A stretch of DNA of 64,000 nucleotides from Takakia lepidozioides (Eukaryota > Plantae > Bryophyta). The notes below the pieces were generated by a model. That model did no database searches and was not told where the DNA came from. It saw only the letters and a list, made by a program, of their open reading frames with translations. A program made the position numbers and the translations under genes. The stretch is taken from the NCBI GenBank assembly GCA_030704615.1, contig CM060732.1:18662001-18726000 (forward strand), given 5' to 3'. Below are positions 52,975-64,000 of the stretch, in pieces (position 1 is the first letter of the stretch; each line of letters opens with the position of its first letter).

Positions 52975-54680
52975 ATCGCACATGTTTTTGAACAAATACA
53001 CTGTCAGACAAGAGTTTCGTGTTGATTTTTTTTTTGTTACGACGAAACAATTCAAATCCCTCAATTGATATCTCTCAATATTAGTTCAACAGCATGCAAG
53101 TTTTTGAACAAGAACAATGTCAGACATGAGTTTCTTGTTGAGAAGCTCTTTTGTTATATGAAAGCAGTTCAATTTCCTCGATGCACATCCCTTCATATTG
53201 TCTCAAAAGCATGCTGGTTTCTGAACAAATACATTGTTAGACAAGAATTTCGTGTTGAAATACTCAATAGTTTCGTGTTGAAAAACTCTTTTGTTATGGT
53301 CGAAACAATTCAAATCCCTCAATCTATATTCCTCCATATTGGTTCAAAAGCATACAAGTCTTTGAATAAAAACACTGTCAGAGAAGAGTTTCGTGTTGAG
53401 AAACTTTTTTCTTCTGCTGAAACAATTCAAATCTCTCAGTCCATGTCCTTCCATATTGGTTAAAAAACCTGCAGGTTTTTGAACAAAAATACTGTCAGAG
53501 AAGAGTTTCGTATTGAGAAACTCTTTTGTTATGGCAACGCAATTCAAATCCCTCAGTCCATGTCCCTCCATATTGGTTCCAAAACATGCAGGTTTTTTAA
53601 CAAAAACACTGTTAGAAAGAGTTTCTTGTTGAGAAATTCTTTTGTTATGGCGAAACAATTGAAATCTCTCAGTCCATGACCCCCCATTGATTAAAAACAC
53701 ATGCAGGTTTTTGAACAAAGACACTGTCAGAGAAGAGTTTCGTGTTGAGAAACTCTTTTATTATGGCAAAGCAATTCAAATCTCTCAGTCCATGTCCCTC
53801 CATATTGGTTCAAAACATGCAGGTTTTTGAAAACAAAAACACTGTCAGAGAAGAGTTTCGTGTTGAGAAACTCTTTTGTTATGGCGAAGCAATTCAAATC
53901 CCTCAGTCCATGTCCTTCCATATTGGTTCAAACGCATGTAGGTTTTTGAAAACAAAAACACTGTCAGAGTTTCGTGTTGAGAAACTCTTTTGTTATGGCG
54001 AAACAATTCACATCCCTCAGTTGATATCCCTCCATATTGGTTCAAAAGCATGTAGTCTTTTGTACATGCTTTTGAACTAAAACAATGTGAGACGAAAGTT
54101 TCGTGTTGAGAAACTCTTTTGTCAAGGGGAAAGAGTTCAAATCCCTTAGTTAGTATCCCTCCTTATTGTTGCAAATGAATGCAGGTTTTTGAACAAAAAC
54201 AATGTTAGAGAAGAGTATTGTGTTGATAAACGCTTTTGCTACGCCGAACTAGTAGTTTATATGCCTGAGTTCATATCCCTCCATATTGGTTCTAAAGCAT
54301 GCAAATTCTTAAACCATAACACTATTAGACAAGAGTTTTGTATTGATAAACTATTTTGCTACGTCGAACTAGCAGTTCATTTCCCTCCATATTGGTTCTA
54401 AAGCACCATAACACTGTCAGACAATAGTTTCGTGTTAAGAAACTCTTTTACTATGGCAAATGAGTTCAAATCCCTTAGTTCGTATCCTTCCATATTGTTT
54501 CAAAAGTATGCATGTTTTTGTTCACAACCACAGTCGGATAAGAGTTTCGTGTTGATAAACTCTTTTGTTACGGCGAAGCATTTCAAATCTTTTAGTTCAT
54601 ATCCCTCCATAATTTGTTCAAAAGCATGTAGTGCTTGGAAGAAATTCACTGACAGACAAGAGTTTCATGTTGAGAAACCT
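52975..54680. repeat. Tandem array of ~14 copies of a ~120-bp AT-rich unit
   Basis: Consensus GCAGGTTTTTGAACAAAAACACTGTCAGAGAAGAGTTTCGTGTTGAGAAACTCTTTTGTTATGGCGAAACAATTCAAATCCCTCAGTCCATGTCCCTCCATATTGGTTCAAAACAT; each unit has an internal palindrome AGAGTTTC-GTGTTGA-GAAACTCT. Confidence 0.9.
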
Positions 54681-57600
54681 TTAAATTGTCGATATTGATG
54701 TTATCAAAGCGAAACAATCTCAAACCTTCTCAGATTCTGTGCTAAATTCACGGCACAAGAAGGAATATCCTGGTTTTATTGATGATCTAAATGACAGATG
54801 TACATGTTAACTCCGTTCCTAAAGGAAATTTTAGTAAGCGAAAGTATCCTCATTTGTTATTCTGTCTATATTGTCATGTTAATCATTTCAATCAATATCG
54901 TTATATTTTCTGCTTACTGTGTGTTTGGTGTTATTTTGTTTTCGTTGCATGAAATTGTTGCGATATTTTTTTCTTTTAAGGTTCTCTTTCCTCAATGCGA
55001 AACCCACCGCTACTTAGGTTTGTGCCCATATCACCAAGTATTTCTCAATGCGAAACTCGCCGCCACCGTTATATGTTTAGGGTTTCTGGCTACACTACTG
55101 AAGGTTTCGCCTCACTGGATTGGTGCTGATGTACCGTATAAATGCACCAGTCCTCTATGTCCGCTTATGGTTTTATTCCATTATGAAAACATATAACTCC
55201 TATAACGTAGGTTAAAAAATCATAAAACTCCCATGACCGTGGGTTGTGCTCACGCGCGCGTGAGCATGCCCACGTTGCGCTCACGCAATACCAACCCCCC
55301 GGTTTCGGGAGCTCCTCTGGCTACCCGGCCCCTGCTTTCATGGGTGCCACTCCACCCTCAACCCTATCAAACCCCCGCCCTAGGTTCGGCCCACCCCTCA
55401 TATGAGGTGGTTTTGGACTTTCCCACCCCGGACATATGTAGGGCCTACCGTCACCGGGAATACATCCCGGATTTTTCAGATGAAAGTGTTATTCTCATAT
55501 TATTTTTAAACTACATAACGTATTCCAAACACATTTGATTTTCAAACTTTTGGAGCCCTTGAATTTGTCTAAGTGATCCCTTATGTATGTGTGTGCTTGA
55601 AGCCCCTTGAATTTGTTGTAAGTTATTGTTGTGCTTTCAAGCCTATGTGGAACACCCTAAAATTTTCCAAGTCATTTTGCTGTCAAGATATGCACCCCCG
55701 TCAAGTCTTCATTTTGTCTTTGTGATTTCATCTCACACATTTTGGCGCAAACATATCAATTCCTGCAAAGGTGCCAAGGGAAATATACAACAATTGAAGG
55801 GGTTCTTGAACTTGTTCATGATACATACATATCAACACTAATTTAGTGAGGTGCCGAACTTAGTGATACATGTCTTTTCTACAATCAGTCCTATACTTCC
55901 CCCTACCATAACCCAAGACTCGAGTGGGAATTGAACCCACTTGAACTACCCATGGCAGGTGGCCCACCCCCCCCATCCCCACCACTACCATCCCACAGCC
56001 CCCTCTCCCCCTCCCTTTAGCTATTGTTAGTGATCCTAAATTTTAGTGATTACTAGTCGTAGTAGAATGTCAAAAAGTCAGCCCCCTACAACGCATGCAT
56101 ACAACCCGACAGATCTGCAGCACATCACCCCACCAGTATCCTGTCATCCCCTACAACACATACTATCCATAAACAAAAACATGGGATAGGACTGTCACCA
56201 ATGTAAAGAGTTCTAAGTAGCCACCTAGTAGCCACTATCAAAATTGGCATCTATGAAACCTAGCGATATGTACCATGAACTCTTTGAAAACAGTTGCCAT
56301 GGCACATAAAGGGATTGCCACAATAGCTACAAAATGTGCGGCACCTCTGACTCAAAGGACTTACACCAGGTGGAGGCTGGAGAGACACCAAGAATTGTTG
56401 GCCTAAGCACCCTCTAATGAAAGCCCTGTCATTCTCCGTACCTAATCCTACAACCACCCATCAAAACATATGCTTACATTGTACAATCCGGGGGAGCCTT
56501 TGGAGGAGTAGCATTGATATGCAATGAATGCATGGTGTGATTGCACACCAAGAAAAAACTAGAAAAGCTACCTTGAAAAAATTCCAAAATGGTAGCAACC
56601 CAAGCACCCACTTACCCACAACAGCAATGAAAGACCAAAATACCAAGCCAAATGAATCTTTTATTGTTATTCTTGTAGTCAACATCATGGACAATTAATC
56701 CCTAAACGATGTCGCGACCCGAATCACGTCAATCTTATGCCACGATCCAACTTTTATGGATGTCAGTGGATGGAAGTGGTTCCTGAAGTTAAAGCAAGCG
56801 GGTTAGGGAGAAGCACATGTGGGAATTTACAGCTCCCTAAACTAATAAATGCTCTGCTCCCTAGAATTTTTCAAAATGCCAGGGGTCTCGAAATCCAGCA
56901 TTGACGTGCCCTCGTGGCAGCCCAAATGAGCAATCTTGATAATAACATAGATCTACGGTTCAAAATAATTTATAAAAATACCAATTTTTTTGGACAAGGC
57001 ACTATGTAATGTTAGTGTGCACCTACTTACCAGAGGAATTAGAAAACAAATATCACCTCATGGGTGTACTTGGGAAAGAAGCCAAACCATGAAAATTTAC
57101 CCCCCAGATTTCACAAACAAAACAGGCTATCTCAGTTTTTGGAATTTCAGTCTGCTTTTTGGGGGACAGAGTTCCTTAGGTGCCATATAATCAGATTATG
57201 GAGGGCATATGCCTCAGAAAACTCAACTCAACACTTGTATTTAGTGGTTAAACCATTTTTTCCATTCAATCTTAAAGTACATTTATTAATCATATTGGGG
57301 CAGAGTATTTTGTTATAATCTCCCAAATGCAATGGTCAAATTGCCTACATTTTTGATAGGATGTGAATGTAGTAGATATGCACAGAAGTATAAGGTTAAT
57401 CCCCATGGATGATTGGGGGTAAAAAATTACACCCATGAGGGTATGCACTAATTTTTAGTGGGCCCACCAAAATGGTGCTCGTCATGGTAGTGTGCAGCGT
57501 AACGAAGTCCTAGTTAATAATTTTTTTTAAATTTATAATTGTTAATAGTTAATAGTTAAATAATTAAAAGAATTTAATAAAGGCTTTAACAAAGGAGGTG

Positions 57601-58129
57601 CCCTCTTCAGGTGGCACAACATAACACCACCTTTGTGACCCACTCCCCTTACTTGAATATAACCAACCAAACCTAATCTTAACCTAATTTCAGTTTTTGG
57701 CACTTTGAATGAGCGACAATGCCCTTGGATCGTCCTCATAGATGATAAAAGATTCCGTAAATCGCACCCATAATAGCTGCTTTGAATTACTTCTAAAATT
57801 CGTAGCAAATCAAGCGATGATCTGTAATTGGCATGCTAGGGATCCTTGCAAAGCTGGGATGGAGGGCTACATTTTGTCTTCTAACGTCTTCTTCATCGGA
57901 GTAACGCAGAGGATGATATAGGAGAGTGCAAAAAACAGTCGCTAAGCTGGAGAAGAACTAGTCCCGGGAAGGGAACCGGCCACGTTCTAACGGAATCTCT
58001 GCACAGTCTCCAGAGTTTTGCCAGGTTTCGCCACTAGGGCTAAACCAACCCGGGGGTTTACTGAGCTCTCGTCATTCTGTCCTTGTGTCTTCTTCCTCTT
58101 CTCTGCGTGTCTGTCTCTGGGATCTGCGC

Positions 58130-58567
58130 ATGGCCTCGGGTGCGATGGACAAAGGCGTGGATGGAATTCGCAACGACAACCTCAATTTTCGTGAGCTCCT
58201 CAACCTTAATTTGAGTGTGAATCGAGGCAGAACTTTAGTTTAGGAAAATGGTTCTCCCAGTCTGTCTGTAATTTTAAGAGATGAATATGACGTACAAAGG
58301 TAAGTGTGGTAGCAGAGCGTTTCTGATCTTTCTCGTTGCCCTCTCCAACGCAATCTGTCCTAAAATCCCTCTCCCTTGTGACCATGTTTGAGAATAGGTT
58401 TTTAAGCAATCACCCTCCCGGGCGGCCCCCCATCTCTCTCACAGATCGGTATATATGTCTATCTTTGTTTCTGAGTTACTGTCTGATTCCACATGGGGTC
58501 CTCTCTCTCCCTTCAGCTATTGTCCATCTGAAGAATCACCTGAGCTATAATGTAGGTGAAAGTTCAG

Positions 58568-58625
<58 letters not shown>

Positions 58626-60939
58626 ATAGAGAGAGGTACTCATCATATTCTCTTGCCCTACCCTTGCCTCAGGCATGTGCGCTGCACAGAGAGCGGATGA
58701 ACCAGAACTATGACCAGAAAAGCCTGGTTTTTTGGACTTTTACTTCTGGAGGCAAATAGGTTGCTCGATGTCCTTAGAGGAGAACCAGCTGTCAAATCTA
58801 ATGCTCATCTTTGATTGGCAGATCTCAAGGGTGCAGTTGCACTCATAGAGAAGGGAGTGGTTACAAAGGAGATGCGCTTGATGGTGCGTGCAATGCGAAG
58901 CACATTGGCTGTGCGCTCAAGGCTTAAAGCAGCATCGGTGGCTGCGTTCCTGAAGCATGCCCTGCCTTCTGGTTCTGAAGCTCTGTCTCGGCTTCTCCCT
59001 CTCGTGCCTCACGCGATGAAGGTGAGGAGATCTACCCTGCAAAGAGAGGCGTGCGAGAGATGATGAAGAAGCAGGAAGCCCTTCAACATGGAAAGCAATC
59101 TGGGCCTCTGAATGCATGCTTGTATTTCCACCTGCGAATCGAGCCAAGTGAGTGAGAGTTGGAGAGAAAATTGTTGTAGCAGGGTTTTGAGAAGATGTAG
59201 GAACAGAGTAAGAGGGGCATGCAGAACATGTCTAATGGCTTGAGCTTGTTGCTGGGTGCTGTAGGAGGGTCACTTGATCTTGAACATGGACGTGGATACT
59301 GTACCGCCCACAGGACAGTCTCAGGCTTTGTATAAGCAGGCGCTCCTTCCAGAAGTGGAAATTTTCTGCTACTTGTTGGTTATCATTTTTTTAATCGATC
59401 AGAAGCAATTTGATGAGGTGTGGTTCTTACTCACTTTTGCCAACTACTGGTTGATTGAAGCCAGCTAAGTGCTTTGCAGAGAGAGAGAAGAGAAGAGCCG
59501 GGGGTCCAACCACAGAGGGCAGCCTCTCTTCTGACCATATAGGCCTGCTGCTTTAGGTTGGCCTAAGGAAAACCTAACCCTAACCAGTCGTCCCGTTCTG
59601 ATCTAGGCAAAAATTTCCCAACAAAAAACGGGATTAGGAGACCCCGCACCCAGTTTGGGTGGAACAAAAGGGAACAGGTACTACCTTTGCACGGAGCTCA
59701 CTCCAGTAGTGTGACTTACCTTGATAGAGACTGTTAGTTCGGGTTATCCAGATATCCTCTAGAAAGCCCTTAACAAAAGCATCAACTTGCAGTGTGTGAG
59801 CTGCCCAGCAATTAGACTCAACTGGGCCAGGGGCTCAGCCTAAGATTTTGAAAGATAGTGAACAGAGGTGCGGGTTCTTGATGGTCCCGAAGAGGGTCAC
59901 TCTCTGGTGAGAATATCCCGGACAATGTATCAGAAAATGGATATTGTCTTCGGGCTGCTCGCACCACGGGAAATTACAATCTCCTCTTCCTCTCTGCATC
60001 TGTTTATTGTTCAAAGGTAGGCTTCCTGCCCTGAATTTAAATTTCAGTCTCGTGCTGATGGTAGATCGGCCCTTGAGATCATCCCCAAGGGAGAGGGAGA
60101 GAGAGAGTGTGCGTGGGTGACTGTAATGTGAATGGGTTGTGTGCAGGCAAAGGCTGGTTCATCTCTTGCAATCAAGAGATTACAGCAGGTTAATCGCCGA
60201 ACGTTGGATGTTTTGGCGGCAAGGCTCTACTTTTACTACTCCTATAGCTACGAGCTTACTGATTCCCTTGCAGATATTCGTGGGTAAGATTCTCAAGCAA
60301 GGAGGCTGCTAAATGCTTTCCAATGTGATAGCTCGCTTTTCTTACACTCAATGTCTGTTATGACCCGCTCGCAAAACAAGGCCTGTATTGAGGGTATCTG
60401 ATTGGCTGGTGCAATATTAGCTTCATTCCTCTGTGTTTTGGAGATTTCTTTTGTGTAGCTGTCCTTCATGCTCTACTCGTTCTTTGCGTAGCATGCTAAA
60501 GCCAATGATACAGATTCAGGGTTTTTCGATTAGCCCAAACATTCATGATTTGGATCTCCCCCTTCTGTAGTTTTTAATCCAATGCCTATGCTGTGATGTC
60601 TGATTGTACTGTAATAGATCTCAGGCTGATACTCAAAAAGTGATGGGTATGATGATGTCACAGATGCCTCCCTGTACCTGGAACTGGCTCTCAAAGTTTT
60701 TATACAAAATTATACATTATTATTACACAGAATCACCAGATATTACAAGTTCAGAAAAATGTGTACCAGGAAGTGGCTGGGACTGCAGCACTAAAAGGGT
60801 TCTGGAGAGGGAGAGTGAAGGAGGTTATGGTTTATCCCCAAATTGAGGGTGATTGCAGTAGAAATCCTGGGCAGAGAGTTCTTCATTGAAATTTTGAGAC
60901 CTAGAATTCTTGGCTGAATGTCTGTGTGTGTGTGTGAGA

Positions 60940-60976
<37 letters not shown>

Positions 60977-63001
60977 GCCTTTCCTCGTGGTTTTCTAAAA
61001 GAAAAAGGAGAGATGGATTTCCTCCTTCTATCCTTAAAGAAAATTGGTGATGATTTAAGTGTTTTGTCACTCATCTCAGGACATTGCTAGCTTTGCATCG
61101 GACAGCAACACTGCGCCACGATGAACTGGGCCAGGTACTACAATTCTTGAAGTTGCGTGCATGCAATTTCTCTGTAACTCTGGAATTGTACTTTCAAATA
61201 GAGCTCATGTTTCTGGTGTTTCGGGAGTCTCTCCTGGTTCTATTCGGCAACAGACAGTTGCTTTTTGTGGTTGTCAGCTGCCTTCTGAGACTGAATTGGT
61301 GGTAATGGTGGAACAGGAGACTTTGCTGAACCTTCTACTTCGCAATTACTTGCATTACAATCTATATGACCAGGCCGAGAAACTGCGTTCTAAGACTCTG
61401 CGCTCTGAATCGCACTCCAACCAACAGGTAGCCAGCTTCATGGTTGCCCTTTTATTGGCTTGGTGTGTGTGTTGAGGGAGGGAGAGAATGCACTCATAAG
61501 ACGTTGTTTGCTGTAGCTTTGTGGCCATAGACCCCGTGCATAGTTTGGGCAGAACTGAGGAGGGAGAGAATGTACTCATAAGACTTTGTTTGCTGGAGCC
61601 TTGTGGCCATAGACCCCCGCGCCCAGTTTGGATGGGAACATAGGGAATAGACACTACCTTTGTGGGGGCTCACTCCAGTAGTGGGACTTACCTTGATATA
61701 AACAGTAACTCAGGCTTTGCAGATATCCTCTAGAAAGCCCTTCACACAAGCATCAATCTGCTGTGTGTGAGCAGCCTAAATCTCAGACCCCAACAGGACC
61801 AGGGCTTTAAGCTCAGCCTCGAGATTTTGAAAGTTGGTGAACAGAGGTACAGGAACCATGTTCTTGATGTTCCTGAAGAGGGTCACTCTCTTGGTGCGAT
61901 TACCCAGGACACTGTATCTGAAAATGATTTTTTTCTTCAGGTTGCCCGCCCATCGGGAGAGAATGTACTCATAAGACGTTGTTTGCCGTAGCCTTTGTGG
62001 CCCATTCACCCCGTGCCGAATTTGAGCGGAACACAAAGGAACATAAACTACCTTTGTCAGGGGCTGATGCCAGTAGTATGACTTACCTTAAAACAAATAA
62101 CTGATCTGCAATTTCCAGATATCCTCTAGAAATCCCTTTACACAAACATCAATCTGCTATGTGTGATTTGCCCAATAATAGACCCCAAAAGGGCCTGGGC
62201 TTTTGGATCAGCCTTGAGATTTTCAAAGCACATCAGGAGAGAGAGAGAATGTACTCATAAGATGTTGAGGAGAGATTGTACTCATAAGACGTTGTTTGCC
62301 GTAGCCTTGTGGCCATTGACCCCGCGCCCAGTTTGAGCGGGATGTTGAGGAGAGAGAGAGAGAGAGAGAGCACTGAGTTGTTGACTTATGCGGCTGTGCC
62401 ACTTTCATTGGTACAATGGGCGGATCTGTAACATTCAGCAGAGAGAGAGGGGGAGAGTGCTGAGTTGGGTGATGTGACATATGCAGCTGTGTCGCTATCA
62501 TTACTATGAGGGAAGGATCCGTACCATTCAACTGGAGTACACAGATGCTAAGGAGTGTTTGCTGCAAGCTACTCGCAAGGCCCCAATCAGCGCCCGTGGT
62601 TTTCGTATCCAATGTACCAAGTGGGCAGCCATTGTCCGACTTCTGTTAGGCGAGATCCCTGAGCGCACTACTTTCATGCAACCAGGCATGCGCAAGGCTC
62701 TTTGGCCCTACTTTGAGCTCACCAATGTATGCACCTCAAGACTTATGAGAGAGAGAGAGAATGTACTCGTAAGACGTAGTTTGCCGTAGCCTTGTGGCCA
62801 TGACCCCGCGCCCAGTTTGAGTGGAACAGAGAGAGACAGAGAGACTCAGGAGTTGATGTTGCTGGGGCCACTACTGGAAGGCCTTGTGGCGATTGACCCC
62901 GCGCCCAGTTTGAGCGGAACAGAGAGAGAGAGAGAATGTACTCATAAGACGTTGTTTGCCGTAGCCTTGTGGCCATTGACCCTGCGCCCAGTTTGAGCAG
63001 A

Positions 63002-63038
<37 letters not shown>

Positions 63039-63710
63039 CAGGAGTTGATGTTGCTGGGGCCTTACTGCAAGGCTCGTTCCAGTAGTTGAACCTACCTCTA
63101 AAGTGATGTTTTGTCTTGGCAGATGTCTTCATCCTCCATGTGTTTAGTCTCACACATATTTGCAGATTTGTTGGGACCTGGGTTTTAGTCTTGTGGTGAA
63201 TGGCTTTGGATGTTTATCCCTAAGGAGCGGGACAGTCTACGTGAAATTGAACTCTCGGGTGGGAAAAGGATGCCTTCTATTAGACACAGGGCTTTCGTAC
63301 CTTTGTTCCCCCCCCCACCTGATGCCCCTCTTTTCCCTCATCTACCATTAAGTTTCAAGCTGAGTCAAGGGTCTCCTCTATGGCAGGCTGTGCGGATCGG
63401 TGACCTGGAGCTCTTTCGGTCTGTTGCCGATAAGAATGCGAGCGTATTCTATGCTGACAAAACGCACAATTTGATTGTACGCTTACGGCACAATGTCATC
63501 AGAACAGGCCTTCGTAATATCAGCATATCCTATTCCCGCATCTCACTTGCCGATGTGGCAGCAAAATTGCACCTGGATTCAGCCACAGCCATTGATGATG
63601 CAGAGAGCATTGTTACGAAAGCAATTCGTGATGGGGGCATTGATGCAACTGTGGATCATGAGAAGGGCTGGATGCAATCCAAAGAGACTGGAGACATCTA
63701 TTCTACACAG
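58130..63710 (+). CDS. RPN3: 26S proteasome regulatory subunit RPN3/PSMD3 (PCI domain), multi-exon, 3' end beyond the window
   Basis: Exons approx. 58130-58190, 58822-59021, 59265-59417, 60148-60283, 61080-61134, 61318-61427, 62487-62726 and 63387-63710, with GT-AG borders. Motifs [104 protein letters not shown]. Confidence 0.95.
58570..58625. repeat. (AG)n microsatellite
   Basis: Long pure AG run; others at ~60935-60977, ~63005-63037 and (CT)n at ~43503-43525. Confidence 0.95.
59640..60090 (-). mobile_element. Non-LTR 3' fragment, family A, in an RPN3 intron
   Basis: Similar to the reverse complement of 27850-28300 (CCAGATATCCTCTAGAAAGCCC..., AAAGGTAGGC..AATTTCAGTCT). Confidence 0.7.
61478..62345 (-). 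mobile_element. Cluster of about 5 nested or tandem family A 3' ends in an RPN3 intron
   Basis: GAGAATGTACTCATAAGA terminus at ~61483, ~61565, ~61958, ~62245 and ~62272. Confidence 0.8.
62745..63010 (-). mobile_element. Family A 3' ends next to (AG)n in an RPN3 intron
   Basis: GAGAGAGAATGTACTC.TAAGACG at ~62752 and ~62926. Confidence 0.75.
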
Positions 63711-64000
63711 GTAAAAAAGAGAAGGGGTGACAGCATGAGAGGATGAAATAAATCATTATGCAGTAGCCTTGTGGCATAGATCTTGCATCAACATTTGAGG
63801 GAAAGTAGGTAGGGGGGAAAAGCAGGAGAGTCAAATGGGGTGACCACCATCATGCAAGGACTATATCATTACCATGACCAGCCTTCAGAAATGAAATTGT
63901 TCCTTGCCTTCTAAGCTTTTCCAGCATGCTTTGATGGTGTAGGAGTTGGACCCAATGAGTGTCAGTGTTTTCAGCATAGTGAGGAAATTGTGTGTGGTCC

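Noticed and set aside
53065-54698. Repeat-protein ORFs
   Set aside because: Artefacts of the 120-bp tandem array; the frame is not kept between units.

Overview
Eukaryotic, non-flowering plant-like genomic DNA (intron-rich, TE-rich; the taxon is inferred, not proven). Positions 1-17.1 kb are a nest of degenerate retroelements. The main one is a Ty3/Gypsy LTR retrotransposon (+). Its polyprotein carries an in-frame DNMT3-like C5-cytosine methyltransferase between the aspartic protease and RT, and a C-terminal PHD finger. No integrase is visible, and the 3' LTR has 166-bp terminal direct repeats. It is followed by an L1-like ORF1 (-), an unknown degenerate ORF next to an array of palindromic repeats, and a 5'-truncated L1-like ORF2 (+) with an A-rich tail. 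Three housekeeping genes follow: multi-exon PAN2 deadenylase (-, ~18.2-39.0 kb), intronless SF3B1 (+, 43.7-47.6 kb) and RPN3/PSMD3 (+, from 58.1 kb, running off the window). Introns hold many 5'-truncated non-LTR 3' ends with (TC)n or (ATTTC)n tails. Intergenic regions hold a TAA-flanked MITE and ~120-bp tandem arrays. The main finding is the retrotransposon-borne DNA methyltransferase plus PHD reader. All calls come from reading the sequence and recognising motifs; no searches were run.
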